A stretch of DNA of 64,000 bases from the human T2T-CHM13v2.0 reference genome, Homo sapiens. Position 1 is the stretch's first letter; each line of letters starts with the position of its first letter. Position numbers and translations under genes: made by a program. Positions 1 through 14,339 of the stretch are shown here, in pieces. The DNA lies in the NCBI RefSeq assembly GCF_009914755.1, contig NC_060934.1. One strand, written 5' to 3'. The notes under the pieces were generated by a model. The model ran no database searches. It was not told the DNA's origin and saw nothing but the letters and a program-made list of their open reading frames with translations.

Positions 1-1359
1 ATTTCATAATTTTCTTTCAATTTTGGCAAATAGACTAAACTACTTAAGCTAGCAACAATATAATTTGAGGATAATCGCTACTTCATATCTGTACAGAGAA
101 CTGCATATTCTTAAAGTTCTTTATCATCAACTTTATTCATACACTGAAGATATCAGTAAAAAGCTCACTAAGTCTTTTATGTCACGAGAGCCCTGAGCTC
201 AAGTCGTCCTGACCTTCCATAAATCCCCACCACTTAGTCCTTCTTTTTGAATTTACTGATGTTATTTCCCATGCCTGGAACTCTTCTTCTCCCCACCTGG
301 CTCCCCTGTATCCAAATTATCCAAATTCTTCCTTCCCCTTCATATTGGCATCTTCAACTTCATCCAGTCTATAGTTCCCCTTCTCTGAATTCTGATGATC
401 ATATATCATCAGAATATATATATATATATCATCTCAAACTAATATATTCATAAAATCTTCAACATATATAATTTTATATATTATATAAATATACATAATC
501 TCCAATTGGTTGTATATGTATATGTATATCTCCAACCAATCTAACATTGAAGTTTGCTTATGTTATTTAGTAAATTTTTCATGTAAGTTCTTTTTTTTTT
601 TTAATTTTTGTCTTCTAGAATGTACCAGTAATTTCTCTGAGGCCAATCCTCACCTGAGATACGTGTGTGTGTTCACTGGCACCAATCTATGACATTTTAT
701 GCATACAGAAGGTAGACAATATTTGTAAACCACTGAAATACCTCTTGGTATTTGTAGAATTTCATATAATTCCTTATCTACTTGGCCATTGAGAAATGCT
801 TTTAAATCATAATATTGCCTACTAGACCAACATAAATTCATTGTACTCATAACCCAATCCTTCAGGGAAGGTCCTATTTTGATTAAAAATGAAGGAGTAG
901 GAGGAGGTAAAGCTTTTAGCATATTGATAGAACTGTTACTAATATTGTATTACTGTCCTTTATAATTTAAGGCAACATCACTAACAAAGATTAGGGAAAA
1001 GATCAATAAATTATGAGTTATTAATGCAGGAACGAAAAGAAATCCAATACCAAAGACATTGAAGCTAACAATATCTTCTCCTCCACTTGCTGAACCATTA
1101 TAATCAGGCCTGGGCCTTTTTTCCCTAGTAGAGGTGATAAATGCTTACAGAGTGGCAGTTTCTCCCTGAGCTGTCTAAAGACCCTAATGCAATGAAACCA
1201 ACCACTTCAGGCTCATTAGGGTCACTTTTAACAAGTTAAGCAGAACCCACCACCCAACCACATCAGGATTCAAAGTTTCAAAGAGGATGGGGAATGTAGA
1301 GTTTGGAAAAGAGCAATAAAAATGATCAGAAATAAATAGTCCAAAAGAAATAAAAACAA

Positions 1360-1660
1360 GGCCGAGCATAGTGGGTCATAGCTGGAATCGCAGCACTTTG
1401 GGAGGCTGAGGTGGGAGGATTGCTTGAAGGCTAGGAGTTTGAGACCAATCTCGGCAACATAGCAAGACCCCATTGTTACCAAAAATACACGTTTTAAAAA
1501 TTGGCCAGGCATGGTGCCATGCACCTGTAGTCCCAGCTACTCAGGAGACTGAGGCAGGAGGATGTTTGAGCCCAGAAGTTTGAGGCTGCAGTGAGTTACG
1601 ATCACAGGACTGTACTCCAGACTGTGAAGCAGAGCAAGACTACATCTCTAAAAAAGAAAA
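1360..1660 (+). mobile_element. Alu (J-like)
   Basis: Dimeric Alu with A tail; TSD aaaagaaata(a/g)aaaca. Confidence 0.93.
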
Positions 1661-1882
1661 AGAAATAGAAACAGCACAGCCTGCATCAGTCTCCACTGAA
1701 GTGCAGTGTTGAGAGGTGACGGGGCAAGGCAGCACAAACACAGATCATGAAGGAAACATCTCAAAAGCAAGCCATAAGGAACAGTCCTATGGCGGCAAAG
1801 AAGAGACAGAATTGCTGAAAGCAATGCTAACATCTCTAATTCTTATGATGAATGGAATTCCAGAGTCTCTAGAAGCTCACAG

Positions 1883-1939
1883 GCACACACACGCACACAC
1901 ATGCACACATGCATATACACACACACACACACACACACA
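1883..1939. repeat. (CA)n microsatellite, imperfect
   Basis: Direct reading. Confidence 0.9.
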
Positions 1940-2468
1940 GCCACTGTGCACATTCATTAGGTTGAAGCTACATTTGCTCATCACCAAGGGGTCCCATCAC
2001 ATTGAAATGAAACCACGAGCTCCTTTTTACATCATAAGACTCCTATGAAAGGGATGTTTCAGGTTTAAAAGTCTTCCAAACAACTGTTTTAAATTGGGGG
2101 TTGGGGAGAAGAAATGGGAAGTTGCGGAGGGGACTACTTAATGAACTGGGCTATTTAAGGCTTCCCTCGAAATCTAGCATCATTCTTGCCTTTTTTCCTG
2201 CTAAATAAAGCCTCAAAGTAAGAGGAATGCAAAGGTTGAAGAAGTGGAAGCCATCACTGTAGAAAAACAAAGGTGGATCTGCCAAACGCAATGAATTTAG
2301 AGGGAATGTAAGTTTTGTTTCCCAGCCATCAAAAATAGTTTGATGGATTTGTGCCAAAATGAGAAATAAAAGCACACTCCTTCCTCCCTGCACCCTACAG
2401 AGCTGCCTTTGAAGTCACATGTGCTCCACAGGGCACGGATGGAAACAGAACTCAGGCTCATTTAAAAT

Positions 2469-2474
2469 TTTATT
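2469..2474 (-). terminator. Poly(A) signal AATAAA of the nested transcript
   Basis: tttatt on the plus strand, 38 nt past the TAA stop. Confidence 0.6.
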
Positions 2475-2511
2475 GTATATGGTATGGTATAAGACAGTGT
2501 CCTTCAGACAT

Positions 2512-2812
2512 TTACAAAAAAGTCATTTTCAGCACCTTCTTAGATACGTTGAACTTTTCTTTTATGCCCTGGAATTTAAATCCATGCTTCCCTTTGGTTA
2601 TACCTTCTGGTCCCAGAGACAGCCTTGGGGACTTGGCCCAGTTGCCTGGATCTGGTTCAGGAGCTGCCTGGATGGGCGGCTTGTAGAGACTGAAGCTGAC
2701 TCTCCGCAGCCACCTGGCAAGCGTTGGCCAGCTTTGCAGCCTTCTGGTCTCCCCAACCAGCTTCCTGGGAGGCCTCAGGCCCTTCTCGGCTCTCCGTTCT
2801 GCCTTACCAGGC
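2512..2812 (-). CDS. C10orf113: Terminal exon of the nested C10orf113 model ([12 protein letters not shown]...KKVLKMTFL*)
   Basis: Acceptor ctttatcccatag|G at 2813; 1 nt + 99 codons + TAA (2514-2512). Joined to 23199-23033 it gives 155 aa, the length I recall for C10orf113. No recognisable domain, so protein-level reality is uncertain. Confidence 0.65.
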
Positions 2813-3380
2813 CTATGGGATAAAGTGCAGCTGTCCGTTCTTCAAGCCTGGTACCCCCCATAGAAAGGAAAAAAAATACCACATTTGGAATAATAACAAC
2901 TACATTGCTGGTTATGTTTCAGAACCAATCCATCTTCAAAATCAGGGACTTCTTTTGTAAGCCTCATTACAGCCTTAAGTATAGAAATGTTTATATTGTT
3001 TGCTTTGTTTGGTTTCTTACCTAGATACTGAGATTAGAGTGTGGACCCCTCTCAAGCCAGTGTCACATAACTAGGAGCTCAAAGATCAGAGAGAGAGAGA
3101 AACAAAAGCATTCCATATTTTCAAATGCATTAGTTCACCCAGTGTGTGGACTCTAAAGAGGGAAAAAAACAAAAATAGTAGATTTTTAGCATAAGAGATT
3201 TAGTCGTAGAATATTAGCATACACCATCTTTTTTTCTGGAAGGGAAGCTACAACTAAAAGGAATCATAAAGACCAACTAACCCAATTATTTAAAGAGGAG
3301 GAAACTGCTGCCCAAAAGTTAATGGCTCAGATTAAGAGTGTCAAAGAGACACACAAGCCAATTAGAAGAAGCCTCCACTG

Positions 3381-3686
3381 GGCCAGGTGCGGTGGCTCAT
3401 GCCTGTAATCCCAGCACTTTGGGAGGCCGAGGCGGGTGGATCATGAGGGTCAGGACTTTGAGACCACCCTGACCAACATGCTGAAACCCTGTCTCCACTA
3501 AAAACAAAAGAAAATTAGCCAGGTATGGTGGTGCACACCTGTAATCCCAGCTACTCAGGAGGCTAAGGCAGGGGAATCGCTTGAACCCAGGGCGGGGAAG
3601 TTCTAGTGAGCAGAGATCGAGCCACTACACTCCAGCCTGGGTGACAGAGGGAGACCCTGTATCAAAAAAAAAAAAAAAAAAAAAAA
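3381..3686 (+). mobile_element. Alu (S-like)
   Basis: Full Alu with poly-A; TSD ctccactg. Confidence 0.95.
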
Positions 3687-3889
3687 CTCCACTGGCCAAA
3701 GATGGGACAATATGAATATCAAAAGGAATTACTGCAACTGATTCAATACACTCAAACGCATCCATGGTTTTATAATGAGTTGATAAGATGTTCCTCCCAC
3801 TCCTTTCCCTCTTCCCAAAAAAGTAGAGAACAATTTCCTGATCCCCACCGAGGGAGGCTGCCAGGACCCCAATTCATTATTCAGAAAAT

Positions 3890-4730
3890 GGATCAATAAC
3901 AGAAAATAATGACAAATGGATCTTGCTTTTTCTTTTCAAACTATATTTCAAGATATCAAATACATAATGATGAAAAATTGATCCCTACTAAAGAATTCCA
4001 ACTACTAAATGCAGAAAGAATGATGGAATTAAAAAATTTCCAGTTTGTGACTTCTAGAGAAGTCCATTGCAAAAACCATTACTTAAGGTAATGTATGGCT
4101 GATGAGGAACCTTATAAATGGTGGACCAGGTATACAGCTAAATCTTCTGACCAATCTTAACTCACTGAAGTTGGGACAGACAGATACTATGTCTCTCCCA
4201 ATGAGATATACTGGAAAGTACATAGCACCAACTATACAGCAATCTTGCCTAGAAAAAAAAAAAAGAAAATTTGAGCCAGAATATTATCAGGCCTGTTGAT
4301 CTATGAGTTTATATGAAACATGGGGATAGAGGCACAAATTAAATGATACTGGAAGGAAGCAATCAGCCCAATCCAGAATGTGGGACATGCTATAAGGCAA
4401 AAACCTGATTTCTGCAACAAATAAAGGGAATTAAAAGGGGGAAAGGAGTGGAAGGGGACTATTATAAATTTAAAAATATTTAAGAGACAAAGCTGCCAAT
4501 TGAATAAATGTACTTAATTTGGCTCTTAACTTGAGCAACTACTAAAACAAAACAAAACAAAAGACTTTGCAATTTGCAATTGAAAGAGATAACCAATAAA
4601 ATGTGAACATGAACTGTGTTAAAAGGAATTAAGTAATTATTATTAATGTTTTGCAATATTGATGTTGTAGGTATTTATACATACAACTAGGTACTTATTT
4701 GTTAGGAAAGCATACTAAAATATTTTGGCA
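3890..4730 (+). mobile_element. Old L1 (L1MC-like) 3' region
   Basis: A-rich sequence resembling L1MC 3' UTR; diverged. Confidence 0.55.
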
Positions 4731-5709
4731 TCTATATTTTTGTAAAAAGGAAGTTAATGACTCGGTTGGGACTAGAATCTGCTCTTATGGTACCCAGCAC
4801 ACATTCATTTCATTATAACCAAATTCAAAGGAAACACAAACAGTAAATTTTTTTAATTCTTAAAAAAGAGCAACACCAACCATCACTTGTTTTCTCTCTT
4901 CCCTCCATTAGTAAGACATGTATGTTTGAAGACCATAGACATTTTCTTCCTCTTGAAACAACAAAAACAAATCAACAGGATTACATAATAATCTTATAGA
5001 TTACAGTAATTACAGTGAGGTTTTCTGCACTGGGTGAGTTAACCTAAATGTAAAAAAGGAGAAGAGGCTCTCCAGACCAAAAATGTCACACACACACCCC
5101 CAAGAGCATTTCAAATACTCATGTACACTTTACACATGTGATATGGAAGGAATGACACACTGAGCCACATAACCTTGATTACTGTATCAGATTAAATTTA
5201 ATCTAAAGAGATAACACACAGGACAACTAAGAATCTGTAAACATACAGAGCTGAAAAATCCACAGTAAGGATCCTTAATTATTAAAGATATAAAAGAAAT
5301 GGGTGTCTAGAAAAGAAAGTTCAGAATGGAAAGGGCGAGAGAACAAAAGCAAAAAAAAGGAAGACCAACAAGAGAACATCATCAACACCTTTTCCAAATC
5401 TCAACTCTCAACTTATCCCGTAATTGTTAAAACACATTTTTTAAAAGTGTGACAAAAGTGAAAATGTACTCAAAGCATAAAAATATAACATTGAAAAAAA
5501 CCAGAAAAGATGGTCCTCAAACTCCCACTTGAATCTCCATCTTCAATGAACAGCATGAAAGAAGGACATACAGGGTTTAAGGCTGTCAGTGGGCTAAGTA
5601 AGAGCCGAATATCATATAAGCCACATGCATATAAACTAGAAACAACAAAGTTTCAGAAACAATGACAGGTGCACAACTTTCAGTGTGTGGTTCCACATGT
5701 AAGCAGTTT

Positions 5710-8115
5710 GGAAGCCACCACTCTAGAATTCTGTACCCTGCTAAATTATCCTTCAGAAGTGAGGGAGAAATAGCAACTTTCTCAGACAAACAAAAATTAA
5801 AGGAATTTGTTGCCAATACACCTGCCTTGCAAGAAATGTTAAAAGAAGCTCTTTAAAGAAAGAAAATGATGAAGGTCAGGAACTTGGATCTACATAAGAA
5901 AGAAAGTACATTTTTTTAAAAGGCGTAAGTAGAGGTAAAATTAAAAAATTTTTTAACTTTTTTATTTTATTTTATTTTATTTTTTAATAAAAAATAAAAT
6001 ATTGCCCAGGCTCTGACCTCAAACTCCTGGGCTCAAGCCATCCTCCCACCTTAGCCTTTTGAGTGGCTAGGAATACAGGCATGTGCCACTATGCCTGGCT
6101 TCTTATTCTTAATTGACCTTACAGAATTTTGTTCAAAATAATAATAGAAACAATGTATTCAATTATATATGCTTATATAGAGATATTTTACATATGTATA
6201 TATGTGTATATAAATATCTATGTACAGGCACACTCATATATGCTTTTGTATAAGTGAAATGGATGACAAAAAGGAATGAGAGGGAGGAATTAGAAGAATT
6301 AGAATTATTTTATTATAAGGTACTCATATACCCATGAAGTAGCATAGTGCTATTTGAAAGAGGATTTGGATTACCTGTATATTGCAAACCTCAGGGCAAC
6401 CACTAAAAAAAAAATACTTTAAAAAGCAGTATAATGGATATGCTAAGAAAGGAGAGAAAATAGAATCATATAAAATGCACAATTAAAACCGTAAAAATTA
6501 GAAAGAGTATAAGACAGAGAAACGAAAGAACAAGGGCAAAAAATTTAAAATAGTAATAAATACGGCAGATATTAACCCAATTATATCAATAATCACTTTG
6601 AACATCAGTGATCTAAATGCACCAACTGAAAGACAGAAATTTTCAGAATGGATCAAAAAAATATGACCTAACCATATTTTGTCTACAAGAAACCCATTTT
6701 AAACACAAAGTCATATATACATTTAAAGTAAATGAACGGAGAAAAAGATATCATGATAACACTAACCAAAAGAAAGCAGGAGTAGCTATGTTAATTTCAA
6801 AACAGGGTAGAACTTCAAAACAGGGAAAGTCATCTGGGACAAAGAAAGCCATTACATAATAATAAAGGGGTCAATTCTCCAAGATGATATAACAGTCTTT
6901 AACATGTATGCACCTAATGACAGAGCATCAAATTACACAAAGCAAAAACTGATAAAACTGCAAGCAGAAGCAGATGAGTTTACTCTTACAGTTGGAAATT
7001 TCAACACCCCTCTATCAGTACCAGACAGATCCAGCAGGCAGAAAATCAGCAAGGACATAGTTGAATTCAACACCAGCATCAATCAACAGCATATCATTGA
7101 CATGTATAGACTACTTTACCCAACAACAGCAGAATACACACTCTTTTCAAACCCACATGAGACATTCACCAAGACAGACCACATTAAATACACCTTAGCA
7201 AATTTAAAATAATAGAAATCATACAATGTCTTCTCTCAGATCACAATGAAATTAAACTAGAAGTCAATAACAAAAAGGAAAATCCTGAAATATATGGAGA
7301 ATTAAATAACACACTTCTAAATAACACATGGTTCAAAGAATAAATCTCAAGATAAATTATAAAATATTTTGAACTGAATGAAAATGAAAATACAACTTGT
7401 CAAAAATTGTGGGATGCCACGAAATCAGTGATCTGAAGGAAATTTATAACATTGAATGCACTTATTATAAAAGAAAAAAGATTGAAAATTAATAATCTAA
7501 CTTTCCACTTTAAGAAACTGGAAAAAGAAGAGCCAATTAAATACAATGTAAGCAGAAAAAAAGAAATAATAAAAATTAGAGCAGAAAACAATAAAATTGA
7601 AAAGCAGGGACTCCATACAGAAAAAAATGTCAATGAAACCAAAAACTGGTCCTTTGAAAAGATAATAAAATCAATAAGCCTCTAGCCAGGTTAAGAAAAA
7701 AAGAGAGCAGACACAGATTACTAATATCATAAATGAAAGAGGGGCCATCATTACAGATGCCATAGATATTAAAAGGATAATAAAAGAATACTACAAACAA
7801 CCCTATGCTCACACATTTATTAACCAAGATGAAATAGACTGCTTCTTTGCAAGACACAATCTGCCAAAACTCACACAAGAGGAAATAGACAATCTGAAGA
7901 AGCCCATATCTGTTCAAGAAATTGGATCAATCATTAACAATCTTTGAAAACAGAAAGCACAAGGCCTAGATTAGTTCACTGGTGAAGTCTACCAGACATT
8001 TAAGGAAGAAATTATACCAATTCTCTACAATCTCTTTCAGAGAATAAGAGCAGAGGGAATACTTCCTAACTCATTCTTACGACACCCTCATTGCCCTAAT
8101 GCCAAAACCAGACCG
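5710..8115 (+). mobile_element. L1M fragment: ORF1 C-terminus, inter-ORF region and ORF2 endonuclease region, decayed
   Basis: RILYPAKLSFRSEGEI..FSDKQKLKEF (ORF1); CLQETH, YAPN, GNFNTPLS (ORF2 endonuclease); many stops and frameshifts. Confidence 0.93.
5958..6100 (-). mobile_element. Alu monomer (FLAM-like) inserted in the L1
   Basis: T-rich tail followed by a single Alu arm. Confidence 0.8.
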
Positions 8116-8654
8116 AAATTGACCATATTGTATCCTCCACAGCTGAGTCTCAGTGGGCCTGTACTCTGCTCACTGTGATAATTTTCTCTGTACAAATAAA
8201 TAAATAAACAAACAGAAGTAACAAAATCAAAGCAAAAAGCAACCCAGCTGGAGAAAAGCACAGGACTGCAGAAAACCAATAAAAGCAATGTGGAAAGAGA
8301 CAACATTTCCATATGTTATTGTTTTCAAATCCATGTAGAACCTCTGGTGTGTATGACAGGTCATGACATAGAACACTGCTTCAAGATTGAAACAGAAGCA
8401 GCATCTTTTTTCTCCCCGCTGAACTAGTTATTTCCTCCAACCACAAAGTTTGGGAAAAGGAATAAGGAGAAGAAAAAAATAAGAAAATGAAAGGTTCATT
8501 TGGCAAGGAGCTGGGTCCCAGTGCCCTTGGGTGCCCAAAGTGAAATTGGTAAAAGTTTCCTGCTGTTGTATTTTTTGAATGGTCAATGCTAACTTTGCTT
8601 CCTACTTTCTGCAAAAAGGCAGATACAGCTTTCTTTTTTATTTTTGTATATGTA

Positions 8655-9865
8655 TGCATATATTTACATTGACATGTAATCATAATACCATAAAATTTAT
8701 CTTTTTAAAATGTATAATTCAGTTTTAGTATATTCTCAAAGTTATGCAATAATAACCATTATATAAATCTAGAGCATTTTCATCACCCCAAAAAGAAACT
8801 CAGTACTCATTAGCAATCACTCCCCATTATCCCTATTCTCCAAGAACCTCTGGTAACTGCTAACCTACTTTCTGTTTCTATGGATTTGCCTGTCCTGCAC
8901 ATTTCATATAAATGGAATCATATCATATGTGGCCTTTAGTGTCTGATTTATCTAGCTTAATGTTTTCAGGATTCATCATGTTATATTAACAGCATGATCA
9001 GTGCTTCACTCCTTTTAAGGGGTGAATGGTGTTCCATTGTATAGATGTGCCATACTTTGTTTATCTACTCGTCAATTAGTGGACATTTGGGTTGTTTCCA
9101 CTTTTTAGCTGTTATGCATAATGCTTCTGTGAACATTCATGTACAAGGTTTTGTATGGATGTATGTTTTCAATTCCCTTGGATATATACCAAGAAGTAGA
9201 ATTACTGGATCATATGGTAATTCTTTGTTTAAATTTTGAGGAAATGCTAGGCTATTTTCTAAAGTAGCTGCACCATTTTACACTCCCACCTGCGATGTGT
9301 GAGAGTTCCATTTTGTCCACATTCTCACCAACATTTGTTATTGTCCACCTTTTTCACTATGTCCATTCTAGGAGTTATGAAGTGTCTCATTGTGGTTTTG
9401 ATTTGTATTTCCCTAAAGAGTGATGATACCAGGCCTTCTTTCATGTGTTTATTGACCGTGAATCTTCTTGGGAGAAATGTCTATTCAAATCTGTTGCCTA
9501 TTTTTAATTGGGTTACTTGTCTTTTAATAACTGAGTTGTAACCATTCTTTATAGATTCTGGGTACTAGTTCTTTATCAGAAGAATGATCTGCAAATATTT
9601 TCTTACATTCTACGGGTAGTCTTTACACTTTCTTGAGAGTGTCCTTGAAGGACAGGTGTTTTTAAATGTTGATGAAGTCTAATTTGTATTTCCTTTTATT
9701 GCATGTGTTTTTTGGCATTATATATAAAACCACTGCCTAATCCAAAGTCACAAAGATTTACTCTGTTTTCCTCTTAGAGTGTTTTAGCTTTCACATTTAA
9801 GTCTTTAGCCCATTTTGAGTTAATTTTGTATGTGTGTGAGGTGGGAGTCCAATTTTACTCTTTTA
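8655..9865 (-). mobile_element. L1MB-like 3' end
   Basis: Typical antisense L1 3' sequence (ggacatttgggttgtttccac, ctgcaccattttacactcccacc). Confidence 0.9.
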
Positions 9866-10129
9866 CCAGCTTTCTTTTTGTGACACTTTCAATTTGATTC
9901 TTGAAGCTGCAGCCCTCACACCATTTACCTCAGTAGAAGTCCTGGCTTCAAGGTAAGAAAAGGAGATGATGTTTTTAACCTAATGAAATTACTAGTTAAA
10001 TCACGAAAGGGAAAATGTACTGTGTCTTGGGAGGCCAGGCTTAGCGGAGGGGGCTCCTTACTGTGGGTGAAATGTGACCTGTTACAATTTCTCTATGATT
10101 CCCCAATCAGTGTGGGGCAGTCCATAAGG

Positions 10130-10365
10130 GGTTGATGAAGAGCAAGTCCCAAAGCCAGATTCCATCTTAATTCTACAGGCTGTGTGCCTTTGAGTCAAGT
10201 TATTCTCTTTTCTGTGTATCAGATCCTCCCCATCTTAAACTAAGAAGAGAAAACATAGGGAATCTTCATAGAGTTGGAAGGATTATGTGAATGAATATAA
10301 GGCAAAGCACTCAGAACAGCATATGGCACGTTGTGAACACCCAGTACATATTAGCTGTTATTATC
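10130..10365 (+). mobile_element. MIR
   Basis: MIR core and 3' end (aaagcactcagaacag...attagctgttattat). Confidence 0.65.
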
Positions 10366-10628
10366 AGGAAAGATCCCATCATATCAATCCTAAGGGAATA
10401 GTTTCCAAGGAAACCTATGTCTCAAAATAATAGCCGTGTAGGGTTTGGTTGGGTGATGTGGCTGTCATGATGACATCTCTGATTCTACCAGGTGGCTGCC
10501 TCAAATCCGAGAACCTTAAGGAGCTTAGGAACCACTTGATGCTGATGGTCATCTTTGTCCTGTGTATAAGTCAATCTCTGTTTTGTTTTCCACAGACCTA
10601 CACATTTACCAAAGGCAAATTCTTAAAA

Positions 10629-10973
<345 letters not shown>

Positions 10974-13018
10974 CTACAGTTGAATTAAGTCATGTCCTAC
11001 TCTCCTAGACTCAAAGCTGCTTTATAAAGACAATGTATTCTTATTTTCTACAGTATTTTTGTTTCCAGATCATTTAGCAACAGTGTTAAAAACCTTTTGT
11101 AATGCTAAAGACAGAGGGCAGGATTAATTCTCTTAGTCTCATTTGTTTCCAGAATTTTCTGCATATGTTTCCTAAATTTTAGAAGACACTATTCAATCAT
11201 GTAAACCCACATTATAAGCAACTTTAAGTCTTCTTCCAAGGACTACCTTTTACACGGTCGATCCCTAATTTTCCGGATTTGGACAAGTTTCCATTCAAAA
11301 GTGATGTCCATCCAGTTAGAAAGCTTCTAGAACATTTTCCTTCCTACTCTCACAACTATTCCATCAATTAGTGTATGTTTAGCAATTGCAAATTACTTTT
11401 AATATTAGCAGATGCGCAATATAATTAGATGGGGAAACCTTCTGGGATCAAATCACGTCTTGGGTGATTACTGAGTTCTGACAAACATCAGTATTCATTC
11501 ATCTGTAAGAACATTGTTCTCTTCCCCTGGAAGGTACGCTACTCTGCAATGCTGCCGTGCTTAAAACAGTTTTCAGAATTTCTCTTATGAATTCCTCTCA
11601 AAATCCGTTTGTGGTCTATGTACACACATCACACACACTTAATATTTTATGCCTTTTTAAAAAACCAGACATGGGATTATTCAGCTCGATTATTCACCCG
11701 CTCCACCCTCCATCGAGGGCAACGTTTGTCCAGGTTCCAGTACACTCTTTCATTTCCTCTGGACACCTCTTGTGAGTCATTTTAGTTCAAACAGAGCTTT
11801 GTGTGTAACAGGCCCTATTTCATCCCAGAGCTCAAGCTGAGAGGAAAACAGCCTGAACTCCACCTTGGGGACATTCCTCATTCAAGAAAACACATTTTCC
11901 TCTTCCAAACTGAATACAGTAAGAATATAGTACAATCTCTCTAGGCTAATAGTAAAGCCACTGGGTGGGGCGAGGCCACAGGGCCAATGCTGACAGGACA
12001 GCCCGTCCTCCCTTAACTCCTTTGTGTGGTACTTCCCCATCCGTATCCTCCAAAGGGCTGTTTGAAGATCTAATTTCTCTAGTCTCAGTGAACTTACATG
12101 CTAGTTACAGCCTCAGTGGAGATAAAAAAAAAAAAAATCTGGCAATGATGCTTGACATCATAATATTTGACAAAAAGGAAGCACTGAGGAGTTACTTCTC
12201 AGGCCAGGTGACGCTGCCAACAATCAGCCTCCTGCAACTCCAGGAAACAAGCCAAAGAAACTAAACTGAAAAGCGCTTTTCTGCTAAAGAAAAAAGAAAC
12301 AGCTCCTATGGGTGCACCAAATCTACTCAGTGAGTGATTCCCCCGGCCTGGGACATCATGGCACAGCCTTTATGTAGCTGAGTAGAATTGGTGAGGGGTC
12401 TACACCACATGGGCTTCTGTACAGGGAGGGGACTCACCATCCCAGTGGGTCTGGGACTGTCCCAGCCTCAGTGCTGAAGGTCCTATTTTCAGTGGTCACC
12501 CTACTTTTCTTGGCTCTCCGTGCAGCTGGAAATCCAGCTCTTCCTCCTCAAACCCGGCCAGGATGAGAGATGGAGCCAGAAATTAATTAGCTAAGAGGCA
12601 AGGAAGAAAAAGGCAGCCTATCCCTGAGGCAGAACTTTCTGGAACTTGAAAAGCTTTGCCTGGATTGATTAAGCACATTTCTCAAAGAGAGGAAGCCCTT
12701 CTTCAATTCAAACACCTTCAGCTGTTCAACCAGGGAGTCCCCAACCTCACAGAAGCCACAGGATCACATTCTGGGTTGGGTATAGACTTGCCTACCAGCC
12801 CAGTGGAAGATACTCTAACCCAAACTTTCCACAAGTTTGGTCCTCAAGGCATCTGCATTAAGATCACCTAGTGAGACTGATACAATCCAAGTTCCTCAGT
12901 CCACTCCACACTTGCTGGATCCAATTCTCTAGTAATATATTTCCAAAATCTCCATTTTTAAGAAAGCCCCAAATACAACTGGCGACTGTTGAAATCCAAG
13001 GACTGCTCTCCTTCCTAC

Positions 13019-13182
13019 TTTTTTGTTGTTGTTTAAAGACAGGGTCTCACTCTCTTGCCCAGCCTGGAGTGCAGTGGCACCATCACAGCTCGCTGCAGTT
13101 TCAAACTTCTGGGTCCAAGCGATCCTCTCACCTCAGCCTCCCAAAGGGCTGAGATAACAGGCATGGGCCACCATGCCCAGCC
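13019..13182 (-). mobile_element. Alu monomer (FRAM/FAM-like)
   Basis: Single arm with T tail. Confidence 0.85.
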
Positions 13183-13769
13183 CTTTTTACTTCTTATTTC
13201 AAACCCTCACCCTCATCACCCACCAACAAGAATCCTCAGAGTCAGCAAAAGCAGGAGAGAGGTGAACTTGTCTTTGGAGCTTCCCCACCTCTCCTTCTGT
13301 ATCCCTGTCCTATTTCAGCCTTCCAAGTTCCCTTTTGCCTTCCTCTATGCTTTCTACCCTACGGCTGGACAAAGCTCGCCAAAGCCTACCCTACTCTAAA
13401 GGGTCTCCATGTTCCAAAACCACCTCCACTTTCTCCTTCCCAAACCAGCAAATATTTTATTCACACAGTACATTGCAGTTTGCTGTTAGGAAAGCAATCT
13501 GGGTAAATTAATTCCTATCTAGAGCAAAATGACTGACATAACTTCTTACTCGTCTCTGGATGGAGGAGTTGCTTATTGCCCCCAATGAGTCATGGATTGG
13601 TAGAATTAATGGACATCTAGAGACAATATTTTTGGAGTTGATAGGTTCTTCTTTAAATCAGTGCTTTCTGGTGACTTCCCTGACTGGCATAGCATTTTCT
13701 TAATTTGGCAAGGAAAAATCCCACTAAGTTAGTTGTTAGAAAATTCCTTATGCCATTTGTCTACAGGGA

Positions 13770-13975
13770 AGTGATTAAAGCATGGTCGTTGGTCTTAGGT
13801 AGATATGGGTCTTAGTCCTGACTCTATCACTTACTGGCCATGTGACTCTGGACAATGAATTTAACCTTTTACTTGTAAAAGTGGAGATAATTAGAATATT
13901 TGTCTCAAAGGGTTGTTAAAATCCAAAGAAATATATTTTTTCAAAGTATCTGGCATCTGGTACTTAATAGTAATT
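13770..13975 (+). mobile_element. MIR
   Basis: MIR core (tcacttactggccatgtgactctggac). Confidence 0.6.
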
Positions 13976-14339
13976 GGCATTATAAGAGTCTGTATATAAC
14001 AAATATCCATCCAAACAACTGCGGTATTCAGTTAGCCACAGCTATTCTTGCATGCTTAGTCTTCATTGTTAACTGTTCGTATAGCCTTGGTGTTCATTTA
14101 TAACTCTGAAAAACTGAGAAAACATCAGTCAGGACCAATCTGGTTTTGCCCTGGGCAAGTAGACATCTGTAGAATTATTCCAGTTTGCTCCTGCTCCGTG
14201 TCTAAGAACACTACGGCTACTGCTGCCCCATTAGGTTTTCAGTCTTTGAAATCCACTCAAGGTCTTGGTCACTGAGGTTACTACCTCCTTGGCCACTTCT
14301 GATAGGTGGCACAACCTAAGCTAAGTGAAACTGGAAGTG

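Noticed and set aside
650-922. 90-aa minus-strand ORF
   Set aside because: No recognisable homology or splice context; length is within chance expectation.
5662-7917. ORFs similar to L1 ORF1/ORF2
   Set aside because: Fragments of a dead L1 with many stops and frameshifts.
5710-9865. Opposed L1 pieces as one twin-primed insertion
   Set aside because: They are tail-to-tail and ~500 bp apart. Twin priming places the inverted piece directly 5' of the tailed piece.
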